DNA of 64,000 nt from positions 62,001 to 126,000 of the forward strand of contig JBDOQK010000062.1 of NCBI GenBank assembly GCA_040437565.1, written 5' to 3'. Below are positions 12,019 through 25,400 of the stretch, piece by piece (the stretch's first letter is position 1; the number at the start of each line of letters is the position of its first letter). The notes beneath the pieces were generated by a model, which was not told the DNA's origin, did not search any database, and was given only the letters and a program-made list of their open reading frames with translations. The translations under genes were made by a program, and so were the position numbers. Origin of the DNA: Albugo candida (lineage: Eukaryota).

Positions 12019-12685
12019 TCACGTAAGAATAGCGGATAAGTAGCGTTTCAATGCAAACATTCCATCTGCCGTGAATTCAGCTTTACGCATAAGAATTTCA
12101 TCCAATTCCATAAGTAAGACATCATCAACCTCTTCCTTTTCAAGAACTAATTCTCCATCATACGTGCACTCATACAGTGTGCCCCATATACTACCCCGTT
12201 CTTCGCTATAATAGAATGTATCAATACGTTGTAATGGCACGTCCTTGATTCCCATTTCTTCAAATAATTCCCGTTCTGCTGCCGAATACACATCTTCACC
12301 ATATTGCACAATTCCACTTGTCACTGGATTCAGTAGTCCTGCACTGAAATCCTTCTGCATGGACCGTCGTTGCACGTAGAATTGACCACTACAAGTCACA
12401 TGTCAGTTATCTGTTGGCACGTTTGAGGTCATGATATACCTTCTGCTTCGTACAATGATATACACCACACGGAACGGTAATCTGAATTCGCGCTAAAAGA
12501 TTTATACGATGAGTATACGCTGAATACGGTGTCGCACTGGGAATCTTACAGCCACTGCGCGATCAGCTTTTCCAACGACTTCATTCTTTGAATTAACGAT
12601 ACAAATCTACACAACTTGGATAAGTGCGCGTTCATTGTGTGTGAAGAGTGTTCGAGCGCACCTGTTCGCTGTTTGTCCACGTCAT
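12019..12685 (-). CDS. Nudix hydrolase (YfcD/IDI-like), multi-exon
   Basis: Nudix box GIVQYGEDVYSAAERELFEEMGI. Small upstream exons start MTWTNSEQ. Confidence 0.82.
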
Positions 12686-15600
12686 CTTGAAGTTTGCGTC
12701 TCAAATTGAATAATGTATAACGGACAGCGTAGACATGGATAGTCCAAATCGTAAGTTCCGTCTTCGAGTTCTATATCACATGTAATAAACTGAACACGCA
12801 ATATGTCCTGTGAGACTTATGACCACCCTCGAGAGATTATATTTCATCACCGTCCAACAGTACTGTACCATATTCCCACTAGACTTACTGCCACTATTAT
12901 ATAGGGAAGTTCGCTTGTCCACTTTGAAAACCATGTGCGCTCGCTGTGATTGCATAGAGTGGTTGATGGTACTAGGTGCGATTTTTACGTAGCAGGTTAC
13001 CTAATGCGCCTCTAGCAGTGCGTCAATTACGTAGAATGTAGTCCGACACCTCGTGTCTTTCAGGGTCTCAAGCCACTACCAGGTCAATTACTGTGCATAA
13101 CTTTGATATGATGCCGCGATATATCTCAATTGATTGCATTGTAAACGGCTGTATTTCTTTCGATCACCTTGTAGAAGGTCTTGTTCCCGAATTTGGTTAA
13201 CGGGAAGTAACGTCAAACTGATAACGCACGCATGACAGCAATGCGAAAGAGTCGGTAGAGGGAGTAGTCGTATTTATGATGTGAGTGTCACAATTCTGGA
13301 GAATAATCGCCGTGCACACGATTGTATCGAGCGATGCACAGTTAGTGTGTGTAAAAGACGTCGATGAAGCAAAGTTGATTTCTCGTAAGTCTATACAGGA
13401 CACAGTAATCAGGAATATGGGAACAATGTCTAAGAAATTCGATTGGTACTATCATAAAGAAAAGTGGCAGTCAACTTTGACTCACACTCCTGAAATAATT
13501 TACTTTCGGGTTACGGTGTCCTTCTATGAGATGCGATTGCTGGAGAAATCATTGTTCTTGCTCCATTTATTATGGGTTTTGTAGACCGATGTGCGGCTAG
13601 CTACATACCCGTTACATTTCGGTTTGGGCTGACATTGCAATGTATTCCATCCTTTGTATTAGATTTAAGTCACGCGTAACATATAATCTACCTACCAGCA
13701 CTGGTCGCACCATCAATCAGGTGATCGTACCACGCATTTGTATCGATGTACGAAAGTCTTACTCTTTTTATTGATGCCCGGCGAAGAATAAGAACATGGT
13801 GCCCCTGATGTGCAGATGTCATCGACACAGCAAGGGTCCGTTTTTTATCTCTGTGACTGGGCTGTGTGAATGAAAACATTCAAAGCATCGATCAGACATC
13901 TCGCCTCGCTAATGAAAGCTGCCAAGTATGCTAGATCAAATTCAGCTGGCTGATAGTCCCAACAATGCAATAGACTAACCTTCTGCATTATCACAACTTA
14001 GTTGACCCAGCAAGCAAGTTTTCATCAACGCAATCCCCCAGTATCCCTAGGTTTACGAGTTCTTTTTTTTTGGTATGTGGCACATATCACGATGCATGTG
14101 TTTGAGTTAGATGCCGCATTAGGGCTAACTCGAGTGTCGATCAGAAATCTGTGATTGAAATGATGTTTTATGTGGGATGCAAAGCGTGAAGTTGCAGTAG
14201 GTGAGTATCAAAATACTTATCCCTCCACCGAACGAATGAGAGCAAAACTTAGATCGAGTCAAGCCAACACTCGCAAACGAAACAACCGCGAATACCTGTA
14301 ACCACCACCTGATCACGGCCGAGGCTTGTCAGGCACGCCTCAAACCTTATCTTTACTAAGCAGATATTATCTGTACCACCTCCACCGGTGATTTGAGACG
14401 TCTAATGCATAAAGCATAATTTGAGATTACGCCGAATCACCTTTCCGATAAAAAAAAGCTGAAAATCGAAATTTTTGGCACAACAAAGAGTAACTTCTAT
14501 ACAAATGTAAGAAAGCTGCCAGTTTGTTCACATGTTGAGGCAAAGCAGACATAGATAAGAGGTGACAAGACGATCTGTCTAGCGTTAATAAGTAGACTGA
14601 CTCGGCTCGTGTTATGGCACAAATAGGCAAGAATTGAAAGAGTTACTTTTTAGGTACTAATATAGGAGCTGCCTAGATAGTTGGTCAGCAGAAAGAAGTG
14701 ATTACAAAGACCGTTTAGAACGTCATGAAAGTATAACTCACCAAGATCGTTTAAATCATGAAACAATGCTGGAAGACTTCAGATACCCAAAATTAGAGAC
14801 CTCAAAACGGGACGTATTGTATGTCGGGCTAGCGTGCGAGACTTTCAACAATGTGACAACCGCGGTTTGATGTAAGTCTGCAAGGAAAGCCCTAAAGCGT
14901 ATTTCGGATGAGATTTATACTTGCCAATAGCACCAGAACTCTTCATAAACTTCTCGAAATCAGCAGTTTGGACTGAGGACGGCAGTATTGAGATTGACAG
15001 ATATTAGCATTTCAATGGTATAATACAGCCAACGCGAGAAATAGGACCGCGAATTGCGCTTCTTCCAGCCGAGAAGGTCTTCAACTGTAATATGGGGAAC
15101 ACGAATACTCTCCCTCAATTGCAAACCTACATTTGTCGCTTGATCTTCTATGAAAGCTGTCAGGAAGGTTACCGAAAGAATCGTTATGAAAGATCTGTCG
15201 TAGTGCTTGCCTTTCACCATAGAGAGGCTTTAGGATCCTATAGAAAACCTCGTTCCGTTGATGTCAGGATCAAAAGTGTTCTTTCGCACTCGGGTTCTCC
15301 GAAGAAACCGGATATAATTGCGCTACTGAATTCCATTAGAGTCCAAGATCGAAGACGGATCTATAAGATCAAACGTACATTTGGAGCATCACGCTGCTGA
15401 ACCCATTGCTCATCAACCCTTAAGGAATCACGATACCATAAAAATTGCTTGACTTGACCTGATTAATGTGGTTCCGGACGTTAACTGCAGCAAGAAGTTC
15501 CTCTTCTTAACGTAAAATTCGCTTATACAATAAACTCTCGGACGAAATGCTAATCAATTGAAAATGGGACTCCTTTACATCGATTCAATGCTCAAAAGTT

Positions 15601-16015
15601 GAGCGACGAAAGGAGTATCATCAATTTCAAAAGGTCAGTACGCTCACCGAATATAATGTAAATGTGAAGTCCTGGCAAAATGAAGATAAATCTTTTTTGC
15701 TTGCAATAGCCAATTATGAAGGTAAAAACAAGGTAATACCAAAGCTGTTTTTAGCATTGTTGGAGATTGGCTTCGAAGCTATGTACTTGGTGCATATCAA
15801 AACTTTATAAATGGACTTGTAGAGACGGTGGCTGAACATGCTTCATGTTGAGCGCTCTACTTGAGGTCACAGCAACTCGTTTGAAAAAGCAGGGCGCTAG
15901 TTGCCGTTGGGTTGAGACTCATCTCATTTCATACTTTCTGATTTACAAGAGTAGTCACAACTTTAGCTTATTCAATAACATATATTATATAATTACAAAA
16001 AGAGTTGTGCTTTTT

Positions 16016-17561
16016 CTATAATACTAGCTTATGTCCTTTTCGTATTGGCTGCAGTAAATCATCTTCGAATAGATCTGTAATTTCGACTTTTACCGTTTCA
16101 TTCCTTCGCAGCATATCCGCTTCGATCTCTATCTCGCCCGCAAAAGTGTCGGCTAAGCGTGGCATTAGCGTATTGTGTTGATTCGTATCAAAGCAGCCAT
16201 TAGTTGAAGATCTTTTTCTGTTATCAAAAGAGCTGTTTGCTTTGCTCAACGTCGAATACTCCGAAAGCCTGCAGGATACTCTCTTTGACCGATACTGATC
16301 TATGTTGGCCAAGGAGGCAGCTCGGAGCATCTCATCCAGCTCACCACTTTCTAAAAGCTCCTCAGGCGACATATCGTTGAAAGACGCCAATCCTCTCGTG
16401 CTGCCAAAGCTCAATAAACTCGCGGAACTGGAGCGCAGCAAAAGCTCTGCTAGGATCTCGGCATCATTCTGATCCATTTCTTCGTTAACCGCGTTATTTG
16501 ACCGAAGTGATTTGGCTTCATTTGAAGTTGAAGATGCGATAATGGAATCGACATTGGGCACGGAAGGTAAGCTCAGCGTTCTTTCACCTTCTTCTTCTTC
16601 TTGATTTGTGCCATTATACTTCACATGGTTTCTTGGTGCGGCGATATTCGACTTTCCCGTACTTTGTAGGCTATTCCTATTGATGCCGGATATAAGCCGT
16701 GGTCGACCGGGTTTGGTAACGGATTTTGCAGCGGGATTCAGCTGCTTCCATCGAGTCTTCACTGCATCATCTGTTCGTCCCTGAGAAGAAGATGTGAAGA
16801 ACTGAGATTGCATGGAATTTGTTCTCTAAATACCGGTAAAAGCTCTGCGATTTTAGTCCACCGATTTCCGATCGATTCGTACATAGTTTGTATGAGTTTA
16901 TCTTCTTCTCGCGTAAACGGTCTGAAAGAGAAAGTTATTATTGATGTTGATTGAAACTAAGCTCAGTACGAACGCTTTGGTAATGCTTGGATCCAAATGG
17001 TTCTTCCATCGTTCTCGACACTGTTTGGCAGTCCGTCCGGGAATGTTTGACGATACTTCTGCCCAGGAATGGCAGCCCCGCAAAACCATTTTCTCCAATA
17101 CATAGTCTTCATCACGACTCCAATGTCCTTTGACAAGTCCTGGCTTTAAGACTTTACTCCAGCGCTGTAAACATTGAGCGTGGTTTCGACCAGGAACGTA
17201 TAACGCAATGGTCTGACGTAAATAATGTAAGCTACATAAAACATGTGCGTATTTTGGGGTCGAACCTTCCAATTGCACTGGCCAATGGCTTCGACGGCAT
17301 TTCGAAGTGCCTCGTCCTAATGGATAAAATTAGTGATGCGCAGCATTTATTTCAGCCTATAAAGTCTCACTTGTTCTGATGTCCATCGTTTGCTGCTCAA
17401 CGCCAACTGAGAACCAATCTCCTTTGAGCTTTGCGTCACACCTTGGCGGTTAGAGTAGTTCTCGTCGCGTGCTCGTTTACTATAATACACAAACCGCACT
17501 AAGTCACGTCCAAGTCACATGTTGTGGAAACGTACATGCCAAATTCTGAAAGCTTAAACAT
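16016..17561 (-). CDS. Myb transcription factor with three repeats, multi-exon
   Basis: Repeats KRWTSEQ|DEALRNAV...QCLQRW, KGHWSRDED...QCRERW, and ...GRTDDAVKTRW, joined across short introns. Confidence 0.85.
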
Positions 17562-17915
17562 GAGATCGAGTGAGTGGTATAAATCAAGCGATCGAATTGT
17601 GCTGCCAAGTTGTGAATAGGAGGAAGCGGTTCACAAGCAAGTTACGTCGAGAATGACAATCCTTGGGGTTTTACCCCTACGCTAGGTGGTGACTCATGCT
17701 TACTATAATTAGGTCAGTCAGATCGCTCAAATTGGTCACTGTAGGGTCGACATGACGTGTTATGATGTTTCTGCGTAACTTCTTGTAACGAACATATCTA
17801 ACACGTTTCTATCGTGATAAATGACACCATAGCGTGACATTCAACGTGTCACGACGTTATGACAATGACACGATCCAATACAATTACCAAGTTTATTTTC
17901 ATTGCCTGATATTCA

Positions 17916-18838
17916 ATGCATCAGGACTGGTTGCTGCTTGCGTGGATGTCAATCCATAAAGCAGCGTCTGAAAATGCCGATACAATTTGTAAAGTCAGCA
18001 GATGTTTCGTATCCGGCTCCATACTTCCGCATGATTGTACAAGTCAAAAGTGTCCGCCGTGTGTGAAGAAAGTGATTTTTGGCATCTCCAAATGTTATGA
18101 CCTGAATAGCACGCATACGTGTGCCTCAAGTTACACGTATTGTCCACAGCTGGCAGATTCTTCCAGTACGTGATATTATCAGTTTTATATGCGGACTCCG
18201 GGTAATCTCTGCATACAACAGGTATGAATGCTACGCTCATCTCAGGCACCACAGAAAAGAACACAAAGGCCGCAATTACCAATGTCATCACTCCAACCAA
18301 TAAAACAGAGTCAAATATTAGTCAACCATCGAATACCTCGATAAAGCAAGAGTTTGATACTCCGGCACTATCTATAGGGGTACCTCAACTAACCGATCAA
18401 GTGAAGAAGAATGACACATCAATGCCACTGGAGCCTGTAGCAGCTACCAGTCCGAATTCTACCACTGGTATCACGCTTATGATCGCAGCTTTAGTAGGCG
18501 CTGTGGTCGCGTTGATTGTGGCTGGAGTTGCACGTTATTATTGGAAACGTGTTCATAGCGACGAAGAGGATGATGATTCATTCAATCGGTCAAATGACCT
18601 CAGCGAGCAGTACCATTCTTATCGCCAGGCCAAAAATTCCAACATTTCACCAAAGTTTAACCGCGATGTTTACTCACCGCAGCAACATAGAGTGGAGAAT
18701 CCTTCCGTGAACGAACACCCAGGACAACGAAGTGGTGAAATAGCTTCGATCCAGTCTCTTATACACCCGCTGAATCGCCCCAGTACACCGTCAATTGAGT
18801 CGAAGCGGGCGGGGAGTACCGTATCCGTGGAGTTCTGA
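17916..18838 (+). CDS. Single-pass membrane protein: Cys-rich N-terminus, Ser/Thr stalk, TM helix
   Basis: Exon 1 has 8 Cys (CTSQKCPPC). A phase-1 intron at about 18166-18221 joins it to an ORF containing TM segment ITLMIAALVGAVVALIVAGVA. Confidence 0.65.
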
Positions 18839-18872
18839 TACCATCTACGCTATTGGCTAGAATTCACACCGC

Positions 18873-20238
18873 ATGACGACGGTTTCCCATTCGTCAACAC
18901 GAAAAGCTCACGCTGATGTGATTGTACGTTGCGTACCAGCATTTTCACGGACGCGGCTGTTTCACAAAAGGTTCTAGGGCGATGTCGCACTTGCAGGGAA
19001 ATTGATAAGCGCAGGCGAGATCATGAAACGAATTGATCTTGTGGGAGCATCAGCATGCAGACATGTGAGCAACAAAGCATGTGTCACAGTAGCCATTGAT
19101 ACGTTCAAGATGGAGCGCACGCTCTTCCACGGGGACTTTGTACGCCTCGAAGCTATCGTGAATCGCACGGGGAAGTCGTCACTTGTCACACAGGCAGATC
19201 GCTATTGTCCTACTTTGATGTCTCCGCGTGACCTTATATCTGGGTCGTCTAGGTCAGCGCGTATCGTCATGATACTGCGACTCAGGAATTTCAACTCGCA
19301 TGTAATGCCATACTTACATTCGTTGCCATCGACGAGAATGGGAAGCCAACGCACGGCCTTCCTGTGATTGCATATCCAGAAGAGCAAGTCATGCAGGCTT
19401 TTTTGAATCACCGCAATCATCTTGACACAAAATGGAAATCGGCAATCCAAAAAGTGAAAGAAATCGTGCCAATCACTTCTGGAATCGTTCAACAATTCAA
19501 ACGTGATCATCAGATGCCTTTGAACCACCTCACTCAGCTAAAAGTAGATATCCAGGACACGACTACGGAATTATGTGGTGGCTTTCTATACAAAGATGCA
19601 AATGCGCTTCATCAAGTGTTTGGTGGCGTTATCATTAGCTGGATGGTTTGTTATGATGTCATCGCCTTACAAGTGAAAATTTATTGTAACTGATAGGATC
19701 GAGCTGCAGTACAATGCGCTCGTAAGCTTACGAAGAACATGTACATGGCGACGATAGGTATCAGCCGCTTGCATTTCAAATTGCCCATCCTTGTCTCGGA
19801 TGAGATTATCGTACGAGCACAAGTCTGCCACGTCAGGTACACATCCCTTCTCACGCGTGGAATTCCATCTCGATGATGTCGCACACGTAGAACTTTTGTT
19901 CTCGAGATCGAAGTGGCGGTATACCGATCCGTACCTTTCAAACCTCCGCAACACTCTCACAGCGGGTACGCTTATGCATGTTTCATATCATGATGGTAAC
20001 TAACCAGGATTCTAGGTATTTCTCAGTAATCAATGTGGACGAGAAGAATCAGCCAATGCGAGTTCAGGCTCAGGTGTATGCGACCGAAACGGATCAAGAT
20101 GGTATGCGTGCAATATTGCAAGCACTTCATTGGCAGGTGCTTGAGAAAAAAGATCAGGTTTCGCAAACATTTCCCATAGTTCCTATTCGCTTCATGAGAA
20201 ATGGCCAGACTCAATCAGAGCTTGCGAGTAATCTGTAA
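18873..20238 (+). CDS. Acyl-CoA thioesterase with two HotDog domains, multi-exon
   Basis: Motifs AGEIMKRID, VNRTGKSSL, ILTFVAIDENGKP and DANALHQVFGGVIISWM. Confidence 0.8.
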
Positions 20239-20704
20239 TAGTTATTATGTTGAAATATCCGCTTTGTGATAGCCCAACATTTTTGTTGTGTGTGTTTATG
20301 ATACAGATATCAAAACCGGCTTTTTTCTTGTTGAAGGGAAACATAGCACTAGCGAGTCTGCAACACTCTGCGTCTCTTTCTCCCTTATAGGACTATGCAT
20401 GGCTGCTAATTGGACCCATGCGGCACGCGAGAGGGTGAGAAGATTAGGGTCGAGAAAACGTATCGAGTTAGGACAAGTGATTGGGTAGTAATGTAGTACT
20501 TGGTTGCCATGCGATTTAAATAATTCGTCTGTCAGCAAGTAGAAACGCTACATAGTATAGCTCTATAATTACCGTTAGAGATGTTAGTACTACAAGTACA
20601 ACTACATTTGCGGCTAAAGTAATTTGTACACGCACGGTATAGAATTGTGCCTCACTACCCAGATCGAAAACGTGGCAGCGCAGTTGACGACTTTTGTTTC
20701 AAGT

Positions 20705-23686
20705 ATGCCGATTGGGATTGGTATGGTTCTCACACGCTTGGCGGATTCCCTGCAAGGAAAGAAGAAGCTCACGGCGGCCCCGCACACAAGAGCAAGAGCA
20801 AGAGCACCCGTCCTAGCTGAGACGATTTCATCCTCTTCTACCGCTGCATCTGCCAGTACAATTAGTGTGGCTTCCCCAAAATCTAGTCCAGCGCGACCAC
20901 GCTCTCAGAAGCCGACATGGAATGAGCAAAATAATAACGTTTTTGTTACAAAAACGCTCTTACGGCATTTACAGTCAGTGACTGCGGCTTTATACACAAA
21001 ATGCAATAGCGTCACCCTAGACCTATTGGAACGTACCTCTCTCATGTTGGCACAACACGCACAAACTGTGCATCCATTCCCGCTTTATACGGCTAGCGAA
21101 GAGGCGCACAATTCGAGTACAGACAGTTCGACAGACAATGATGGTCAAGGTCAAGATCAAGATCGTGACAAAAATCGCATTTTTCGGCATTCGCAAGCGT
21201 CAAATAAAGGCCGTATGACCTCTATAGCATTGGAAGAATTTCTTAGTTTAATGATAGTACTGCTATCACAAATCTTCCAATTTTATATGAGATCGCAAAA
21301 GTGTATGGAAGAAAGTATTGGGTCGCAGAAAGAGAGTCCGAACATCGATACAACACAACAGAACGACGAATTTGTTGCGGCAGCACTCGGATTACGATTC
21401 TCACTGAAATGCTCGGCTCAGAAAATCAGGAAAACGTTTTATTCTTCGGAATCGGATGAAGAAAGTGATCAACGTGACTCTTTCGCGATTCAGCTTGCTG
21501 CTCTGAAGCTCATTCAAGTGGTTTTGGAGCAATTTGAGTGGGAACTTTTATACATTAAGGTAGCTACAGTAAAATGTGGTACACACGAAATGAGCTCATG
21601 TCCGGAACCGTGTACCAGCAATACCGAATCAAAGGAGGCCAAGACAAATAGGGAGCACACATCGGATGCAAGGATTGTTTCTAAGAGTCGGACAAGGACG
21701 AATAGGAGACGACTCTCACGTGTTTCAATTACCATTGCAGAACCAAAGAAAGCTGCAGATGAAGCACAGCACGCCACATCAGATGAGCAAGATCTGTCCT
21801 CGCGAAATAGTGATCCTAGAGGATCCAATCGAGTGCATCGGAAACAGTACTTTAGTCAAACGCTTCCGGCGAAAGCACGAGCTATCGCATCACCAGGTCG
21901 GAAACGATCAGGATCCACTTCCAGACGGAGCAAAATCTCCATAGCGAAAATGAAGAAAAAATACAGCAAGGGCGCTTCTCGTTTCAACTGCGATCTATTG
22001 GATAGGTTCATGAAGCTCCATGCGAAATTCTTATCGCATTTCGGTGATGAAGTCATGAAGCATTGTTTCAGCGTCAAACTTACAGGATCAAAAGAAGGAC
22101 GACTAAATGACATGAAACAAGATCTTTTGTTCACACTATTAGCATCAGGCTACCTTCGGTTCCCATGGAATCGCACGGAAATCATCGAGCACCTCCGAAA
22201 TAAATTTGAAATAGCCGAACGAGATCCGAGCCTTGTCATGTATTGGAAGACGACAATGCCAGTTCCTTCTAACGGATATAGCTCTAATTTCCTGAGAGAA
22301 GCTTACTGGCAATGGCCAGCGTTTTGTGGGCAGGTCTGTCGGGATACTCTGGAAGGGAAAGGTTCCGAAAAATCTTGGAATCAATATTCGTGGCTCGATA
22401 CGGTGTTTGCTCGACATGATTTCTGTGCCTTGTTTGGCGCAACACTCTTGAATCGAGTCATGTCAATTGCATACAAAATAGGTGCGAAACAACTGCAAAC
22501 AGAGTGGATTCCAGGATACAAGTGGATATTCGAACTTCTTAAAATATCAACCAAGGAGATTTATCGCTCATTATTATGTCAGCTAGAGCCTGTCATTTCA
22601 GATGATTCCGAGTCCATCGACCTTCATACAGTCCGTTACCAGAACATTATCAACAATCTTTTCACACCGAATGCATCACCTACGTCATTATCGTTCTCAT
22701 CTTCTTCAGCGTCGATTCCAGTAACCTTATTTCATCATCTGTTCGAGCTCATGAAGTTATCGCCTTCGACTGTCCCCGATATTCTATTGACGATTCTCAG
22801 TCAGACCAATTATCAGCTACCGTATCATGTCGTATTGTGCTTCAAGTTTATGGAGCGGTTGCTATCGGATCATCCACATTACTTTTCGAACATGAAACCC
22901 GACACATCCAAGCAGCAATCTACATCGCAATCTGGCTTATTTGGCTATATATTCGCATGCTTGCTAGATTCCGAGCATTTCGAAATACTGAAAATGACCG
23001 AACTGTTCTTGTTGAAACATTTCAGTATGTTTCCGACATCGATTCAAGATCAAATTCTAAAGATACTGGAAAAGCAATGGCAGCGTTTGTTCTTTCATTG
23101 GCATCGAGATGTTCGCTACTGCTTCTTTCACATTCTACTGTACTTGGTCTACCCTGGAAATCGCATCGTACTGAGTGCACAATCGGATGAGATCATATTG
23201 GGAAGCGAGAAAGCGAGTCGCACTTTCGATTGCCCAGGTATTATTCGAACAGACGATGAATCTTCACAGCGCTGGGAGCAATATTTTGAAGGACGAATCT
23301 ATCAATCGATAGTGTATCACCAAATGCTCACTCGAGAATCTCGACAACCAGACACAAAACCGAGTCGGAAGGCTGGAAGTGATCTCGACAAATCTGCAGC
23401 TTCAGCGAAATTGGGCCGACGAATGTACGACTCTAGGAAATCAAATTATCGATCGGCAATGAACGCTATATCGAAAGAAACTTGCCGAAAAGAAGCAATT
23501 GCAGTGAAGAAGCCCGTCAAACCGCCAACGCTGGAGATTCCCAATTGGCTTGCCGAAGTATCCAAAGTCTATCTCATACGTTCAGTCGAAGAATACCAAG
23601 TGATCGTAACGACTTATTATTCGTACGCAACGCATCACTCGTACGATCAAGCGCTCCCGGTGCCCGAATTTGACACGAAATCATGA
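20705..23686 (+). CDS. Large protein (~990 aa) with DUF1765-like C-terminal helical region
   Basis: Long intronless ORF. The segment LFFHWHRDVRYCFFHILL resembles the DUF1765 motif as I recall it; family assignment is tentative. Confidence 0.6.
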   Translation: MPIGIGMVLTRLADSLQGKKKLTAAPHTRARARAPVLAETISSSSTAASASTISVASPKSSPARPRSQKPTWNEQNNNVFVTKTLLRHLQSVTAALYTKCNSVTLDLLERTSLMLAQHAQTVHPFPLYTASEEAHNSSTDSSTDNDGQGQDQDRDKNRIFRHSQASNKGRMTSIALEEFLSLMIVLLSQIFQFYMRSQKCMEESIGSQKESPNIDTTQQNDEFVAAALGLRFSLKCSAQKIRKTFYSSESDEESDQRDSFAIQLAALKLIQVVLEQFEWELLYIKVATVKCGTHEMSSCPEPCTSNTESKEAKTNREHTSDARIVSKSRTRTNRRRLSRVSITIAEPKKAADEAQHATSDEQDLSSRNSDPRGSNRVHRKQYFSQTLPAKARAIASPGRKRSGSTSRRSKISIAKMKKKYSKGASRFNCDLLDRFMKLHAKFLSHFGDEVMKHCFSVKLTGSKEGRLNDMKQDLLFTLLASGYLRFPWNRTEIIEHLRNKFEIAERDPSLVMYWKTTMPVPSNGYSSNFLREAYWQWPAFCGQVCRDTLEGKGSEKSWNQYSWLDTVFARHDFCALFGATLLNRVMSIAYKIGAKQLQTEWIPGYKWIFELLKISTKEIYRSLLCQLEPVISDDSESIDLHTVRYQNIINNLFTPNASPTSLSFSSSSASIPVTLFHHLFELMKLSPSTVPDILLTILSQTNYQLPYHVVLCFKFMERLLSDHPHYFSNMKPDTSKQQSTSQSGLFGYIFACLLDSEHFEILKMTELFLLKHFSMFPTSIQDQILKILEKQWQRLFFHWHRDVRYCFFHILLYLVYPGNRIVLSAQSDEIILGSEKASRTFDCPGIIRTDDESSQRWEQYFEGRIYQSIVYHQMLTRESRQPDTKPSRKAGSDLDKSAASAKLGRRMYDSRKSNYRSAMNAISKETCRKEAIAVKKPVKPPTLEIPNWLAEVSKVYLIRSVEEYQVIVTTYYSYATHHSYDQALPVPEFDTKS

Positions 23687-23795
23687 GCCCAATACGATCG
23701 GTAGTTCGAATTCCAACACTATTACCTTTTTGGCAGGTACATCTTTAAAATACATAAATCTTTTGCAGTCTTATTAGCGTTATACAATCTCGGAA

Positions 23796-25300
23796 TCAGC
23801 AAGACCCGCAACTCACACATGGTCTCGATCTCAAACACGGATGCACATTCACAATGCAATTGGAAAGTTTCCCATCACTTCCATCGCCTTTCGACGTTTG
23901 AGTATCATCGATCGAATCAAACTCATCGACCAGATCGTAATCCATCAGCTCTTCCGCCGTGCAAATTGCATCGTACTCGCTGATGCTCTCATCTTCTGTC
24001 ACGTATTCGAAATCAACACCACAGTCAATATCAAACAATCGATAAATCTCCATCGCTTGAGCTTTACGTTTCTGCAAATGTTTCTTGCGTAGACGGGTTT
24101 CGATCGTAGCGGCGTAATACTCACGAAGCGCTTGGACTCCATCAAGTGAAATTCCACCGAGAAAAGCTTTATTCATTGCCAAACGGATGAGGATATCACA
24201 TGTGCATTCGTCTCCATACACCAAACGAGATTGATGCGGCTTCAACAATGCTCCAAGGGACTCATGCGTGTACTTGAGAGCAGCATACACTTCCATGGCA
24301 TCTTCACAGAGAATAAGGTCGTGTTCGCTCAGCTTCAGCAATGTCAACGCCACTCGCAACACCACATGACCGCCTTCATAGAAAAAGACATCCCAAATTC
24401 GCATTACCATTTCAAGTGGAAGTGTGTTGATGAAAAGGCAAAGAAACCATTTCATCGCAAACGGACCGAATTCGACGCCAAGTCGTTGAAAGTGGGCATA
24501 CAAATTCGGAAGCATCTGTTCGACAAGATCCGACAGAACGAGTTGCTCGACCCGCGAACCTCGCATATTGCGCTCATGGAACTGAGGAATCAAATCTTCA
24601 ACGATCACAGCCAAAACCCAAAACGATTCCTCTTCACCCAATTGCTGTAACAACATCGCACCGATAAAATTCATGCTTTGGCAGTACCCAACACACGGAT
24701 TCCGAAGACTGTATGCTTGGAGGATGCGACGCAATTCCGCCATCGGATGGCTCGCATTATCAGTACCCAATTCTGCCGCAAATGTTCGAGGAAGATCTTT
24801 CTCAATTTCCATCACAACGCGAGGACTAAGCCACGATAACGATCGTTCGACTAAGTCTCCATATGAATCAGCCGCCGAAGCCTTTTTCTGCTGGGCCAGA
24901 GTACATTTCCACCAAATCGCACCCCGCATGGAGATTGGTATTCCAGCGCGTAGCATGAGTCTCCGCTGTCGACACCAATTGGAGTCATTCGTAACAAGCA
25001 GAAATGTCGTCAGCATCGACTTCCAAGAGGGTATTTGCGTCCGTACGTGTTTCTCATCCTCACTTTCGACCAAAGATTCCGTCTGCTTTCTCTGACAATC
25101 GATGCAATAGGATTCCTGCGGGAAAGACGAGCGATTTGATGTCCAATAAGGAATGAGAGGTTTCATATAAAGTTTTGTAGACTGTTGCCATTTGTCTATC
25201 CATTGCATCTCTTTCTGCTGCATCATTTTCTCATGAAAATCGAGCGATTCCTTTAGAATTTGCGATGGTATAGCACTGTGATTTCCTCTGATTCCATTAC
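23796..25300 (-). CDS. Rab-GAP TBC domain protein (copy before the gap, 5' end cut by the gap)
   Basis: Motifs GIPISMRGAIW, IEKDLPRTF (Arg finger), GYCQSMNF (Gln finger) and RIWDVFF. Confidence 0.85.
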
Positions 25301-25400
25301 NNNNNNNNNNNNNNNNNNNNNNNNNNNNNNNNNNNNNNNNNNNNNNNNNNNNNNNNNNNNNNNNNNNNNNNNNNNNNNNNNNNNNNNNNNNNNNNNNNNN

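Noticed and set aside
12800-15900. Short ORFs, possible decayed secreted proteins or transposon remnants
   Set aside because: No recognisable motifs, many stops and no repeat termini, so I cannot support a call.
17690-17875. Cluster of TGAC motifs in the Myb divergent promoter
   Set aside because: The motifs are short and I cannot test enrichment, so there is not enough to call regulatory sites.
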